DNA from: Bdellovibrionales bacterium
GTDB taxonomy: Bacteria; Bdellovibrionota; Bdellovibrionia; Bdellovibrionales; JAGQZY01
Assembly (NCBI GenBank): GCA_964230555.1
Contig: CAXRIX010000167.1
Coordinates: forward strand, 5,667-69,666
Direction of reading: 5' to 3'
DNA: 64,000 bases
Positions 19,631 to 29,221 of the stretch are shown piece after piece. The notes beneath the pieces were generated by a model that made no database searches, was not told the origin of the DNA, and saw only the letters and a program-made list of their open reading frames with translations. Within the stretch, counting starts at the first letter, position 1. Every line of letters starts with the position of its first letter. The position numbers were made by a program, and so were the translations under genes.

Positions 19631-20377
19631 ATGAAATGGATCGTCGTTTTACTTTTTTTAGCATCTTGCCAATCCGCTGATAAGAAGCGAGTTGAAAACG
19701 TTGATCGGTACGGTAATCGTACCGATGTAAAGACCAAAGACGGTTACTACACCTATGTTTTTTATTTGCGGGATCGCCGTGAGGCGCGTGACCCAGCTCA
19801 AGCCCTGGAAGTTTTCTCGGAGCCAGACGGCGCCGACTCTGCTGATGGGCCTCAGTTTCAATCGAAGAATCTAACCTTAAACTCAGAAGTGTTTGTTCCC
19901 GAAGATTCCAGTTTCACCGCCGATCCAGAAATGCAGAATGTGCCTTGCCAAATAGCTATAGAAAAACGTTTGGGGATCGGAGCTGGTGGTCCTCGTTTCG
20001 GGTTTTCCGTGACCGGAAATTATGGAATCGCCAAATACTATGGCAATCAAGGGGAGTTCGGGTGGGGATTTTATTCCCATGACTATCCTTGGGGACCCCT
20101 TAAAAACTTAAGAAAAGAGATTGAAAAATCATCGGCCTGGGAAACCCAGCATGGGGTTTGGTCTTATGACCCAAGCACTTTCGAATTTATCAGTGTTCAT
20201 GAAGCCACTGGAAAAAGAGAAGGTTTGTTCGAAAAGTACAAAGTTCTTGTTGATCCCGAATTGCAAAAAATCACCTCCATTGAAGTCGAGATTCGCCGAG
20301 GCGATCGCCAGCAATCTTTTGAAGAAATGGCGATGCAGGCGCGATTCAGCTGCTCGTCATCTTTGACGTCGCTTTAG
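19631..20377 (+). CDS. Hypothetical lipoprotein
   Basis: Lipobox LLFLASCQS with GGAGG upstream. No recognisable domain. Confidence 0.5.
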   Translation: MKWIVVLLFLASCQSADKKRVENVDRYGNRTDVKTKDGYYTYVFYLRDRREARDPAQALEVFSEPDGADSADGPQFQSKNLTLNSEVFVPEDSSFTADPEMQNVPCQIAIEKRLGIGAGGPRFGFSVTGNYGIAKYYGNQGEFGWGFYSHDYPWGPLKNLRKEIEKSSAWETQHGVWSYDPSTFEFISVHEATGKREGLFEKYKVLVDPELQKITSIEVEIRRGDRQQSFEEMAMQARFSCSSSLTSL

Positions 20378-20511
20378 TTCCGTTTCTTTATTAATTTGCG
20401 CCCATCGAGTTTGTTCAGGACTCTTGGGTCTGGGGCGGGCTGTTATGCCTTGAAGTCAAATCTCAATTCAAGGGATGATACCTCAAACACTTTTTGCCTG
20501 GAGGCGCATCA

Positions 20512-21081
20512 ATGTCGAGATTTTCAACTATAATCGCTTTTCTTTGTATACTAGGAATGGCTCCGTTGGCCCAAGCTGGCTTTCACATGGAACCTCATGT
20601 TGGATTTGGTCTTAGTAATAAATGGGAGCAGGGTTCAAGTTCAGGGGACCTGTCAAAAACGATCACTGGAATCAAATTGGGCTATCAAGCCCCCATGGGA
20701 TTACAAGTCGGTGGTGAGATTCAAATTGGTACCGGTACATTTGATCAAGATAATACCGTTTTTTTGAATGATATCGACTCTGTGGATGTTGGGATCGGTC
20801 CTTATTTGGGCTATCAAAGTCCATTGGGCATTCGTGGTTATGTGGGCGTATTTCGTAGTGCCTTGGCTCTTGATGATGCCGCTGACAACACTTTTACGGG
20901 TGTGGGATTTAAATTAGGTGCCGGTTACCGAATCATCGATTGGTTTGCCGTAAACCTAGAGTATATCACCACATCTTACGACAAGTTTGATAACAGCTTT
21001 GGTGACGGAGATTTAGATCCAAAAGTTAAAGTTAACACTGTGATGTTGGTTGCTAGCTTTCCTTTTCACTTTGGTGGCTAA
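20512..21081 (+). CDS. Small outer-membrane beta-barrel protein (OmpA-like beta-barrel / porin-family fold)
   Basis: The ATG at 20512 follows GGAGG. It has signal peptide MSRFSTIIAFLCILGMAPLAQA and alternating Gly/aromatic beta-strand pattern through to the C-terminus. Confidence 0.6.
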   Translation: MSRFSTIIAFLCILGMAPLAQAGFHMEPHVGFGLSNKWEQGSSSGDLSKTITGIKLGYQAPMGLQVGGEIQIGTGTFDQDNTVFLNDIDSVDVGIGPYLGYQSPLGIRGYVGVFRSALALDDAADNTFTGVGFKLGAGYRIIDWFAVNLEYITTSYDKFDNSFGDGDLDPKVKVNTVMLVASFPFHFGG

Positions 21082-21118
21082 AAAAGGTCTCTTTCCACCA
21101 AGAAAGATTTCTTTCCAT

Positions 21119-21149
21119 AAAAAAGCACTCCTTGGGAGTGCTTTTTTTT
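21119..21149. terminator. Bidirectional intrinsic terminator between the convergent OMP and TetR genes
   Basis: aaaaaaGCACTCCttgGGAGTGCtttttttt: a 7-bp GC-rich stem flanked by A6 and T8. Confidence 0.75.
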
Positions 21150-21166
21150 ATTCATTATGGTTCAGA

Positions 21167-21799
21167 CTACTTCCAATTGGCTTTGTCAGCCATATGACTA
21201 GCAAGGGCCTCGGCCTGACGGATCAGGTGGCCCTCAACCTTATCGACAGGCATGGATTTCTTTTTTAAGGCATCGTAGTGAACCGAACATGTCATCACAG
21301 CAAAATGGAAAACGCTGGAGAACAAGCACATCACCATCCATTCCAATCCTTCATCCGTCGCCTCCGGATAAAGCTTTTTAAGAAAGGCGCCGACATGGGC
21401 CGCCCCAGGCGGTCCCAGTTCACATTGCATGTTCTGAACATGGGGGTTGTCTGACTCAGGAGGTGGCGCTTGATCGCTAAGAAAGGTTTTCATTGTGGCT
21501 GTGGCATAGTCACGATGTTCACGCATAAATCGAAAAAGATTTTTAGCAAACTGTTTTTCGTCTTCTGAGTCTTCAATGAGTTTCAAAACCGAGTTGTTCA
21601 TCCACACATAGACATCATCGATGATGGACCAATAAAGGGCCTCTTTACTACCAAAGTGGTAATTGATCGCAGCTACATTCACATCGCACTCATCGGCGAT
21701 TTGGCGTATCGATGTGCCCTTGAACCCATGCTTCGAAAATAAAATACGGGCGGTTTCAATAATTTTCTGTTTGGTTTCTTTCTTCTCCGCGGCTGTCAT
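21167..21799 (-). CDS. TetR/AcrR-family transcriptional regulator
   Basis: N-terminal HTH ETARILFSKHGFKGTSIRQIADECDVNVAAINYHFGSKEALY. Its ATG overlaps the RND TAA (TAATG), and a GGAGG SD lies inside the RND 3' end. Confidence 0.9.
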   Translation of the reverse strand: MTAAEKKETKQKIIETARILFSKHGFKGTSIRQIADECDVNVAAINYHFGSKEALYWSIIDDVYVWMNNSVLKLIEDSEDEKQFAKNLFRFMREHRDYATATMKTFLSDQAPPPESDNPHVQNMQCELGPPGAAHVGAFLKKLYPEATDEGLEWMVMCLFSSVFHFAVMTCSVHYDALKKKSMPVDKVEGHLIRQAEALASHMADKANWK

Positions 21800-24700
21800 T
21801 AGGTGACCTCCTGGGTACTCATTTGATCGACGGCCACCTCTTTGACTTTAGCCTTGGTGCGGCTAAAAAAGTGAGCCACATCTTCAGTGATCGCATAGGC
21901 ACAGGGAACCCATAACAAAGCCAATGCGGTCCCACTCACAAGCCCCCAAGCCATGGCCAGAGTCATCGGGATAATAAATTCGTCGGAACCGCCAATCCCA
22001 TAAGCGGTTGGCAGAAGTCCACTGACCGTGGTCAGAGAGGTCACCACCACCGCTCTTAATCGCAATCCGGTGGCTTCCACTAAAACTTCATTTAGGGGGG
22101 CGTTCGGCTTTTCTTGTCGTAAGGTTTCGATAAATGAAATTAGGACAATACCTGAGTTAACAATAATTCCGCCCAGCCCGACAATTCCAATCAATGCTAA
22201 AAAGCTCATGGGCCGTTGATGAAAGAAAAAAGCTAAAGACACTCCGACAAGACCCAGCGGAATTGTGGTGAGAATAATAAGGGGCTTGATATAGCTGCTA
22301 AACAAAAATACCAACAACGCAAAAATTCCAATCAAGGAAAGCATAAGGGCCTGCAGTAGTGACTCAAAAGATTCTGCTGTTCTTTCCGCTTCTCCACCAA
22401 ACTTTAAGGACACTTCTTTGTACTCCTTGCTGATAGCGGCAAACGATTCAGCCACCTTATTATTGGCTTCAACCGATGTTATCACATCATCATCAATGTT
22501 CGCGGTCAGAGTTTTGGCCGGCTTGTAATCAAACCGTTTAATGTGAGGTGTGCCACCAACTTCTTTGAGTTCAGCGATTCTAGAAAGAGGAATGAGATCG
22601 CCTTGCATATTCATAACTTTTAGATCCAACAGGTTTTCTGACGAACGGCGCCCCGAGTCCTGCAGGCGAACAAAGTAATCCACCTCTCGGTTGTTAACGT
22701 TAACGTTAGCCACGGGAATTCCTGCAATCGCAGCACGCAAAGTCTCTCCGATATCAAAGGTGCTAAGGCCTAAACGTTTGGCTTTAATAGTATCGACATT
22801 AACTAAAACTTCGCGCTCTCCATACACATCATCAATTTTGACATCAAAAACACCTTTCACTTGTTTTAAGTCAGCGCTGACTTTTTCAATCGCAGCCTGC
22901 AGCTGCTCGGCATCGTTGGATCGAAAAATGGCTGTCACCGGCGCACCCACCGGCGGACCATTGATTTTGGCTTCGAATGAGAGTTCGGCTCCTTCGTAAG
23001 TGATCGCTCTGAGCTGATCGAGGACATCATTGGTGTAGCGAGTGTTTTTAGCTTCTTCTGTCATGAACATTCGCAACAAACCAACATTTTCGCCGCGTTT
23101 TCCTTTTGGATCGTTGGGGTCGTCTTCGGCCTTGCCAGAAACCGCCGAAACCGCTTTAAGATCGTCTCCCAACTCGGCTTTAATTTTTTGCGACAAAACT
23201 TTCATGGCTTCGTTGGTGGCCTCAATGGTTGTACCTTGAGGCATGTCGACGCGACCAATATAGATTTCGGTTTGGTTGGCTGGGAACAGAATAAACTTGT
23301 TACCAACGGTCATCATAAAAATAGAGAATATAATCAGTCCCAAGAAAGCCACGGCACTGACATAGCGATGAACAATCAGTTTGCGCACCATGGAGCTGAA
23401 ACCGGGACGCACTTTGCGAGTGAACCAATCGTTTTCTTCGTAGGCCTCACCCGGCTTACGGTCAGGATCCTCTGCCTCTTGGCGATCTTTCTTTGTGACC
23501 AATCGCATAGGTAACAAGATAAAACACTCAACCAGACTCAATATGAGAGATGCCGTTACCACAAGTGGGATACCGCGAATAAACTGTCCCATAATTCCTT
23601 TAGTAACCAGCATGGGGACAAAAGCCGCTATTGTGGTGAAAGCCGTCGCTGTTATCGGAAGCCATAAGGTTCGAACGGACTCCAGAGCGGCATCTTTTCC
23701 ATTCATGCCTTCGGCTTTCAAACGCACAACGTTTTCGGCGATAACAACTGCGTTATCAACCAGCATCCCGATGGAGATCACCATAGCTAAAATCGTGATC
23801 GTGTTAAAGCTCATATCAGCCAATTGTAAATAACCGAATGTGGCAAACACGGCCAACGGCAAAGACAATGAGGCCATAAAGCCAACACGTCCCGGAAGGA
23901 AAACCATAAGGAAAAAAACCACTAAGAACAGACCCGCCAAGCCATTGGACGACAGTACGCTCAATCGATTGCCGACTCGGATTCCTTCGTCGCTGTATAT
24001 GTGAAAATCAAGGCGTCCTTTGTACTTTTCTTTAAAACGATCAATGACATTTTTAACATCATCGGCTAACTCGATGATGTCCGCCCCGGTTTTTTTACTA
24101 ATAATTAAAAGGGTGGCTGGCTCACCGTTAATTCTTGTTAAAATTCGTGCGTCCTCTTCGTCATCAACAATTGTCGCAACGTCTTTCAGCTTGATGGATC
24201 CGCCAGAAAAATTGGCGCGTACCACAACGTCTTCCAGCTGTTTGGGGTCTTTGATTTTACCATCAAGCTTAACGAGGGTTTGCACTTGATCGGCTTCAAG
24301 GTTACCGGCCGGTACTGTTACATTGTGAGAGGCCACAGCTTGGGTCACTTCACTCAGTCCGACGTGGTACTGCTTCAGCTTGGCAGGATCGACAAAAATT
24401 GAAAACTGGCGCTCTCGGAAACCGGATTTATTGAGGGTACTGATGGCTTTGTTGTCCTCCAGAGCTTCTTCCAATTCAATTGTCACTCGGTCGCGCAGGC
24501 GCTCCTCGTTGGAGCCAGAAATAGCCAGTTCGATAACGGGAAATTCTTCGGTATTGATCTCTTGAAACTCGGGAGGGTTTTCTAGATCGGTAGGGAGATC
24601 AGGCACACGGTCAACGGCTCGCTGCAAGTCTGCAATCACTTCGTCCACCGGGTAGTTATCAATATCGACAATCGTCATGATTTGGGATTGTCCTGGCTGA

Positions 24701-24954
24701 CTGACCGACTTCACCTCTTTAATCCCAGTGACGGAACGGATCTCATCTTCAATGGGTTTAGTGATCTTTGCTTCGATATCCTCGGCGGTGGCGCCTTGGT
24801 ATTGGGTGTAGATAATTACCTGACCGATATCCACAGGCGGAAAAGATTCAGCGGTTAAAGAGGTGAGACCGCCGTAACCGAAAAACACAAAAAACAAGGT
24901 CACGACGGTTGTGAATTTATAGTTTTCTAAGAAAAAACGAGCGATATTAGTCAT
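21799..24954 (-). CDS. RND efflux transporter permease (AcrB/HAE1-like)
   Basis: 1051 aa with 12-TM architecture and two large periplasmic loops. The N-terminus has the typical single TM followed by the porter domain (GATAEDIEAKITKPIEDEI). Confidence 0.92.
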   Translation of the reverse strand: MTNIARFFLENYKFTTVVTLFFVFFGYGGLTSLTAESFPPVDIGQVIIYTQYQGATAEDIEAKITKPIEDEIRSVTGIKEVKSVSQPGQSQIMTIVDIDNYPVDEVIADLQRAVDRVPDLPTDLENPPEFQEINTEEFPVIELAISGSNEERLRDRVTIELEEALEDNKAISTLNKSGFRERQFSIFVDPAKLKQYHVGLSEVTQAVASHNVTVPAGNLEADQVQTLVKLDGKIKDPKQLEDVVVRANFSGGSIKLKDVATIVDDEEDARILTRINGEPATLLIISKKTGADIIELADDVKNVIDRFKEKYKGRLDFHIYSDEGIRVGNRLSVLSSNGLAGLFLVVFFLMVFLPGRVGFMASLSLPLAVFATFGYLQLADMSFNTITILAMVISIGMLVDNAVVIAENVVRLKAEGMNGKDAALESVRTLWLPITATAFTTIAAFVPMLVTKGIMGQFIRGIPLVVTASLILSLVECFILLPMRLVTKKDRQEAEDPDRKPGEAYEENDWFTRKVRPGFSSMVRKLIVHRYVSAVAFLGLIIFSIFMMTVGNKFILFPANQTEIYIGRVDMPQGTTIEATNEAMKVLSQKIKAELGDDLKAVSAVSGKAEDDPNDPKGKRGENVGLLRMFMTEEAKNTRYTNDVLDQLRAITYEGAELSFEAKINGPPVGAPVTAIFRSNDAEQLQAAIEKVSADLKQVKGVFDVKIDDVYGEREVLVNVDTIKAKRLGLSTFDIGETLRAAIAGIPVANVNVNNREVDYFVRLQDSGRRSSENLLDLKVMNMQGDLIPLSRIAELKEVGGTPHIKRFDYKPAKTLTANIDDDVITSVEANNKVAESFAAISKEYKEVSLKFGGEAERTAESFESLLQALMLSLIGIFALLVFLFSSYIKPLIILTTIPLGLVGVSLAFFFHQRPMSFLALIGIVGLGGIIVNSGIVLISFIETLRQEKPNAPLNEVLVEATGLRLRAVVVTSLTTVSGLLPTAYGIGGSDEFIIPMTLAMAWGLVSGTALALLWVPCAYAITEDVAHFFSRTKAKVKEVAVDQMSTQEVT

Positions 24955-26426
24955 GATTGAACTCCGTGGGCGGTGTTGATTTCGCAGGGATGATTTGAAA
25001 ACAGCTTAAAGTAGTCGAGAAGCAGGTGCAGAATCTGACGCTTGGTATCTATAAGCTGAAGCTCAGAATTGAACAGATTGTCTTGCTCAATAATAAAAGT
25101 ATTCAGCGAAACCCGAGCTTGGCGATACTTTCTTTTGGTTTGTACTAAACTTTTACGTAAGCTTTCAACGGTCTGACCTTGTGATTTTGAAGCTTCAAGA
25201 AGGAGTGAAATCGCCCGTTGAATTTTTTGATGTTCTGCTTTCAGTTGTAAAGCCAGTTTGTTTTTCTGAGCTTCGAACTGACTTTGAGTGGCACTGACTT
25301 GAGCGGCTCGGCTGCGCGAGATGTCTCCTCCCAATGGGACTTGCAAGGCGACTCCGACTTGATATCCATTTCGAAAGTCTTCGGTCAAACGGTCAAATGC
25401 TTGATTGTGACTATTTTCCACACCTGAAGCTTGGTAACGAGCTTGCAGCTTGACGTCAAATGAGTCGCTGGCTTTGGCTAGACGCATTTCATGGGTTTTC
25501 TGCTCAGCCAGCAAACTGACGATATCATCGTAATGGGAGTAGCTGGGATTCATTTGATTTTGGCCAATGATAAGCCCCATACAGCGTTTGGCTGTTTCTT
25601 CAATTTTTTGAGCTTCATTGTCGTTAAAAGTGATGGTGGTGGCATTAAGGTCGGGGAGTGCCGACTTTAACTGGCTGATCAAAAGTTCTTTTTGATAGGA
25701 GAAAAAAAGCACCGATGATTTTCGCGATTGCAGTTGCGCTTGATTTCGAGCCACGTCGCCAGAATCTCCCAAACCCTCTTGTAATTTTCTTTTTGATTCG
25801 CTGAATTGGCGAGTGGCTGTTTTAACCAATTCTTTGGATAACTCCAAAGACAATTCGTTAGCCATCAACGTCCAAAAAATTTTTCTGATGTCTAAAACGA
25901 ACCCATGTTGATTAACGTCGGCTTGCAAGTCAGAAATCTTTTTACTAATTCTTGCTGAGTTTAATTGGCTGCGATCCAAGCGGCCCAAAGCATTTTTCCA
26001 GATATCAATTTCAACTCCAACTTGCACACCCACTTGCGTGGCATTGTTGATGAATCCATCGTCAGTGCTTATTTGCTGAGAAAACAGTCGAGTATTGATA
26101 GTGGTTCCCAGTGAGGTTTTCTGACTGACGCCAAGATTAAATAATTTTTGCGGATGAAAAACAGGCGCAAACTGAATAATGGCATTTTCATTAGAAGAGA
26201 AATACGAGTAAGACGCTTCAAGCTTAGGGTCGTACTGACTTTTCACAGCATAATCTTTAGCCGTATTGGCTTTTTGAGTGGCTTCAATTTGCTGTCGGGC
26301 CGGCGACGTTTTTTGCGCCATTTCGATGATCTGTTTCTCGGTTAATAAGACCTGAGCTTGCGAGTGGGTCGAAATAAAGCTGAACAGCAAAGGGATAAAA
26401 AGATGGGCTTGCAATTGTCGAATCAT
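24951..26426 (-). CDS. TolC-family outer membrane efflux protein (OMF)
   Basis: Coiled helical-repeat OEP sequence. The ATG at 26426 follows GAGG and gives the signal peptide MIRQLQAHLFIPLLFSFISTHSQA. The ORF-track start at 26471 would place the operator sites inside the coding sequence. The stop overlaps the RND start (ATGA). Confidence 0.85.
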   Translation of the reverse strand: MIRQLQAHLFIPLLFSFISTHSQAQVLLTEKQIIEMAQKTSPARQQIEATQKANTAKDYAVKSQYDPKLEASYSYFSSNENAIIQFAPVFHPQKLFNLGVSQKTSLGTTINTRLFSQQISTDDGFINNATQVGVQVGVEIDIWKNALGRLDRSQLNSARISKKISDLQADVNQHGFVLDIRKIFWTLMANELSLELSKELVKTATRQFSESKRKLQEGLGDSGDVARNQAQLQSRKSSVLFFSYQKELLISQLKSALPDLNATTITFNDNEAQKIEETAKRCMGLIIGQNQMNPSYSHYDDIVSLLAEQKTHEMRLAKASDSFDVKLQARYQASGVENSHNQAFDRLTEDFRNGYQVGVALQVPLGGDISRSRAAQVSATQSQFEAQKNKLALQLKAEHQKIQRAISLLLEASKSQGQTVESLRKSLVQTKRKYRQARVSLNTFIIEQDNLFNSELQLIDTKRQILHLLLDYFKLFSNHPCEINTAHGVQS

Positions 26427-26436
26427 GGATACCTCA

Positions 26437-26454
26437 TTCAAACGTTTGTTTGAA
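26437..26454. promoter_or_regulatory. Palindromic operator candidate TTCAAAC-gttt-GTTTGAA (TetR-type), just upstream of the OMF RBS
   Basis: Perfect 7-bp arms seen in the sequence. A near-identical copy lies 52 nt upstream. Confidence 0.45.
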
Positions 26455-26488
26455 ATTCTCATATCGACCAATCTATGTAAACAAATAT

Positions 26489-26506
26489 TTTAAACGGTTG
26501 TTTGAA
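26489..26506. promoter_or_regulatory. Second operator candidate TTTAAAC-ggtt-GTTTGAA
   Basis: It shares the 17-nt word aaacgKttgtttgaaat with site 1 and sits in the AT-rich promoter region of the OMF-RND-TetR operon. Confidence 0.4.
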
Positions 26507-26683
26507 ATCTTTTAAAATATTGAATTTACTAATCTATTTCAGTTTCAAAAAGAGAGGCGGCCTTAGCTATAGTCGTGGAAGGTCGGGTGATATTGGAATG
26601 GAAACACCCCCTCATAGGGGGCGTTCGTCAATGGGGTTGAGCGAAGGTTTACCCCGACTCGGTCTCTGACTTATAGTGGATAA

Positions 26684-29149
26684 ATGTCTGATCGGCTTCC
26701 TATTGATACTCACCTTCCCGCGATCACAGAGAAATTGCGGCAAGGAGCACGCACGATTTTAACGGCGACACCTGGAGCCGGTAAGACCACTCGCTTGCCT
26801 CAACACCTATTGCAGAATCTGCCGGGGCGGATTGCCGTGTTGCAGCCTCGGCGGCTGGCGGCGGTTGCTGCGGCGTCGTTTGTGGCTCAGGATCTTGGCT
26901 CCCGAGTCGGCGAAGAGGTGGGTTATCAAGTCAGAGGTGATTCTAAGATCGGCACAGAGACACGTTTGATTTACATGACGGATGCATTGTTTTTGCGTCG
27001 ATTCCTTTCCGATCCAGACCTTGAAGCCTTCGACCTTATCATCATCGATGAGTTTCATGAGCGAAATCTCAATCAAGACTTGGTCCTTGGGTTGATCAGA
27101 GAACTGCAGGATATGGGGCACCCCATAAAGCTTATGGTTATGTCCGCCACTCTGGAACTGAACGCACTGAAAAGTTTTTTGTCTCCGGTCGAGGTGATCG
27201 ATATCCCGGGACAGGTTTTTCCCCTCGCTATCGACTACCAGGCTGAGCCTATGCACTTCAAAACCGATTATCGATTTATCAACCGAGTGACCGAGGCCAT
27301 CGGTGCGGCCTCGGTTGACGAAGGAAATATTCTGGTTTTTCTACCCGGACTCTCTGAGATCAGAAGAGTTGAGGCGAAGCTTGATAAAATCGCTAAGACC
27401 CACGAAATTCTTCAATTGCATGGGTCTTTATCGCCAAGAGATCAGCAGCGTGTGCTGGCCCCAGGGGCGCCGGCCCGGGTGATCCTTAGCACCAATGTGG
27501 CGGAGGCGTCGGTGACCGTCGGAGGTGTGCGGACGGTGATCGATGCCGGTTTAGCCCGAGTCAACCGAATGAATTTTCAATCAGGCTTTACCCGCTTAGA
27601 TCTCAGCCGAATCTCCCTGTTCAATGCCAAACAACGCGCCGGTCGTGCGGCCCGGGAAGCGTCGGGACGATGCCTCCGTCTGTGGACGCGCCATGAAGAC
27701 ACCGCGATGGAGGAGCAACAGCCTCCTGCCTGTAAGCGGGAGGACCTAACCCAAAGTCTTCTACTTTTGGCCGCTCTCAAAGTGACTGATTTTGCGAACT
27801 TCTCTTGGTTAACTCAGCCTCCACAAACCAGTCTAAGCAAGGCTCGTGAAAACTTGATTCGTGTCGGCGCTTTGACTAAAGACAATCGTTTAACTGATCA
27901 CGGTCAAAAAATTCTCCAGTTTCCTGCCGAGCCGCGCTGGGGAAGTCTGCTCGCGAGCACAGATGATAAAGGTGCCTTTCACGCGCTTTGTGGCGTCGTG
28001 GCTTTATTGGATGAGCGAGACTTGTTGCCTGGCCATTCTGTCGGCAAGGCCATGGAATCAGATATACTTCCCCGTCTACAAGTTCTGCACGCAAAGCAAG
28101 ACACCCGAAATACTTCGGCTAAGCGGTTGGCGCGGGTTCGCCAGCATTTTCACCAATTAAGTGGTGGAGCATCATCGGTGCCGACGACGTTTTCCATGGA
28201 AGCTTTCAACAAAGCCCTTCTTATCACTCAAACCGATCGCCTTTGTCATCGGCGTGGTGATAGTTCTCGGGCTCTCATGTTCAATGGCCGGGGTGTGAAG
28301 TTACAAGAGGGCACGCAAGTTTTAGATAGCTCCTATTTTATTGCTCTTCGCGGGATCGACAAAGTCACTGATAACGAAACCTCCATCGAGTGGGCTCACG
28401 CCGTTTCGTTAGACGAAATTCTGAAGGAATTGGGTCACCAAATCACCCACCATGAGGTTGTGGAATACGATGCAAAACGCAAAAAGTTTTTCCATAAGGA
28501 ATTTTCAAGACTGGGTGCGATCGAAATCGGAGCCGTTAAAATCTCACCGGCTTCAGCGGAGCAGGTGGCAGAACGCCTGCCCCAGGTGATTTTGGAAAAC
28601 TGGAACATTTTTGTGAAACAGGAGCCAGAGGTCCAATATTGGTGGCAACGTTGGATGCATTATATTGTCTATAACAAAGATGCAGAACTCTTGATGGAAG
28701 GTGATCGGCTTTTCTCGGCGTTAACACAAGCCAGTTATCAGAAGCAAACAGTGGATCAAGTTATGAATCCGAAGTTAACGACCTATTTAGAAATGACTTT
28801 ACCTAGAGAGATTCTCACCGACTTCCAAGAAAAAGCACCTCAGCATTATAAAGGGCCCAATCAGGCTCGTTATTTGATTCATTATCCAAAAAACGAAAGG
28901 CCTTTTCTTGAAGCGAGAATTCAAGAGCTTTTTGGCCTGACCAATCACCCGGAAGTTTTAGGAGAGCCTGTTGTGATGAAACTGCTATCACCAGCGTTTC
29001 GCCCGGTACAAATCACCACTGACATTCAGGGATTTTGGAAAACCTCGTACCTCGATGTTAAAAAAGATTTAAAAGGTCGTTATCCAAAACATTCTTGGCC
29101 CGACGACCCTCTTCAAGCTCGTCCCGCGCGAAAGGGGCGCCTCAGTTAA
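26684..29149 (+). CDS. hrpB: ATP-dependent RNA helicase HrpB (DEAH-box)
   Basis: 821 aa with Walker A TPGAGKTT, DEFH box IIDEFHER, the helicase C domain and the HrpB-specific C-terminal domain. Confidence 0.92.
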   Translation: MSDRLPIDTHLPAITEKLRQGARTILTATPGAGKTTRLPQHLLQNLPGRIAVLQPRRLAAVAAASFVAQDLGSRVGEEVGYQVRGDSKIGTETRLIYMTDALFLRRFLSDPDLEAFDLIIIDEFHERNLNQDLVLGLIRELQDMGHPIKLMVMSATLELNALKSFLSPVEVIDIPGQVFPLAIDYQAEPMHFKTDYRFINRVTEAIGAASVDEGNILVFLPGLSEIRRVEAKLDKIAKTHEILQLHGSLSPRDQQRVLAPGAPARVILSTNVAEASVTVGGVRTVIDAGLARVNRMNFQSGFTRLDLSRISLFNAKQRAGRAAREASGRCLRLWTRHEDTAMEEQQPPACKREDLTQSLLLLAALKVTDFANFSWLTQPPQTSLSKARENLIRVGALTKDNRLTDHGQKILQFPAEPRWGSLLASTDDKGAFHALCGVVALLDERDLLPGHSVGKAMESDILPRLQVLHAKQDTRNTSAKRLARVRQHFHQLSGGASSVPTTFSMEAFNKALLITQTDRLCHRRGDSSRALMFNGRGVKLQEGTQVLDSSYFIALRGIDKVTDNETSIEWAHAVSLDEILKELGHQITHHEVVEYDAKRKKFFHKEFSRLGAIEIGAVKISPASAEQVAERLPQVILENWNIFVKQEPEVQYWWQRWMHYIVYNKDAELLMEGDRLFSALTQASYQKQTVDQVMNPKLTTYLEMTLPREILTDFQEKAPQHYKGPNQARYLIHYPKNERPFLEARIQELFGLTNHPEVLGEPVVMKLLSPAFRPVQITTDIQGFWKTSYLDVKKDLKGRYPKHSWPDDPLQARPARKGRLS

Positions 29150-29221
29150 GTGGAGGGTTTCGAAGGTCAATCAGAGCTTTTCTAAAATAGGTAAGGGGTA
29201 GGATACTGGCGAACTTTACCC

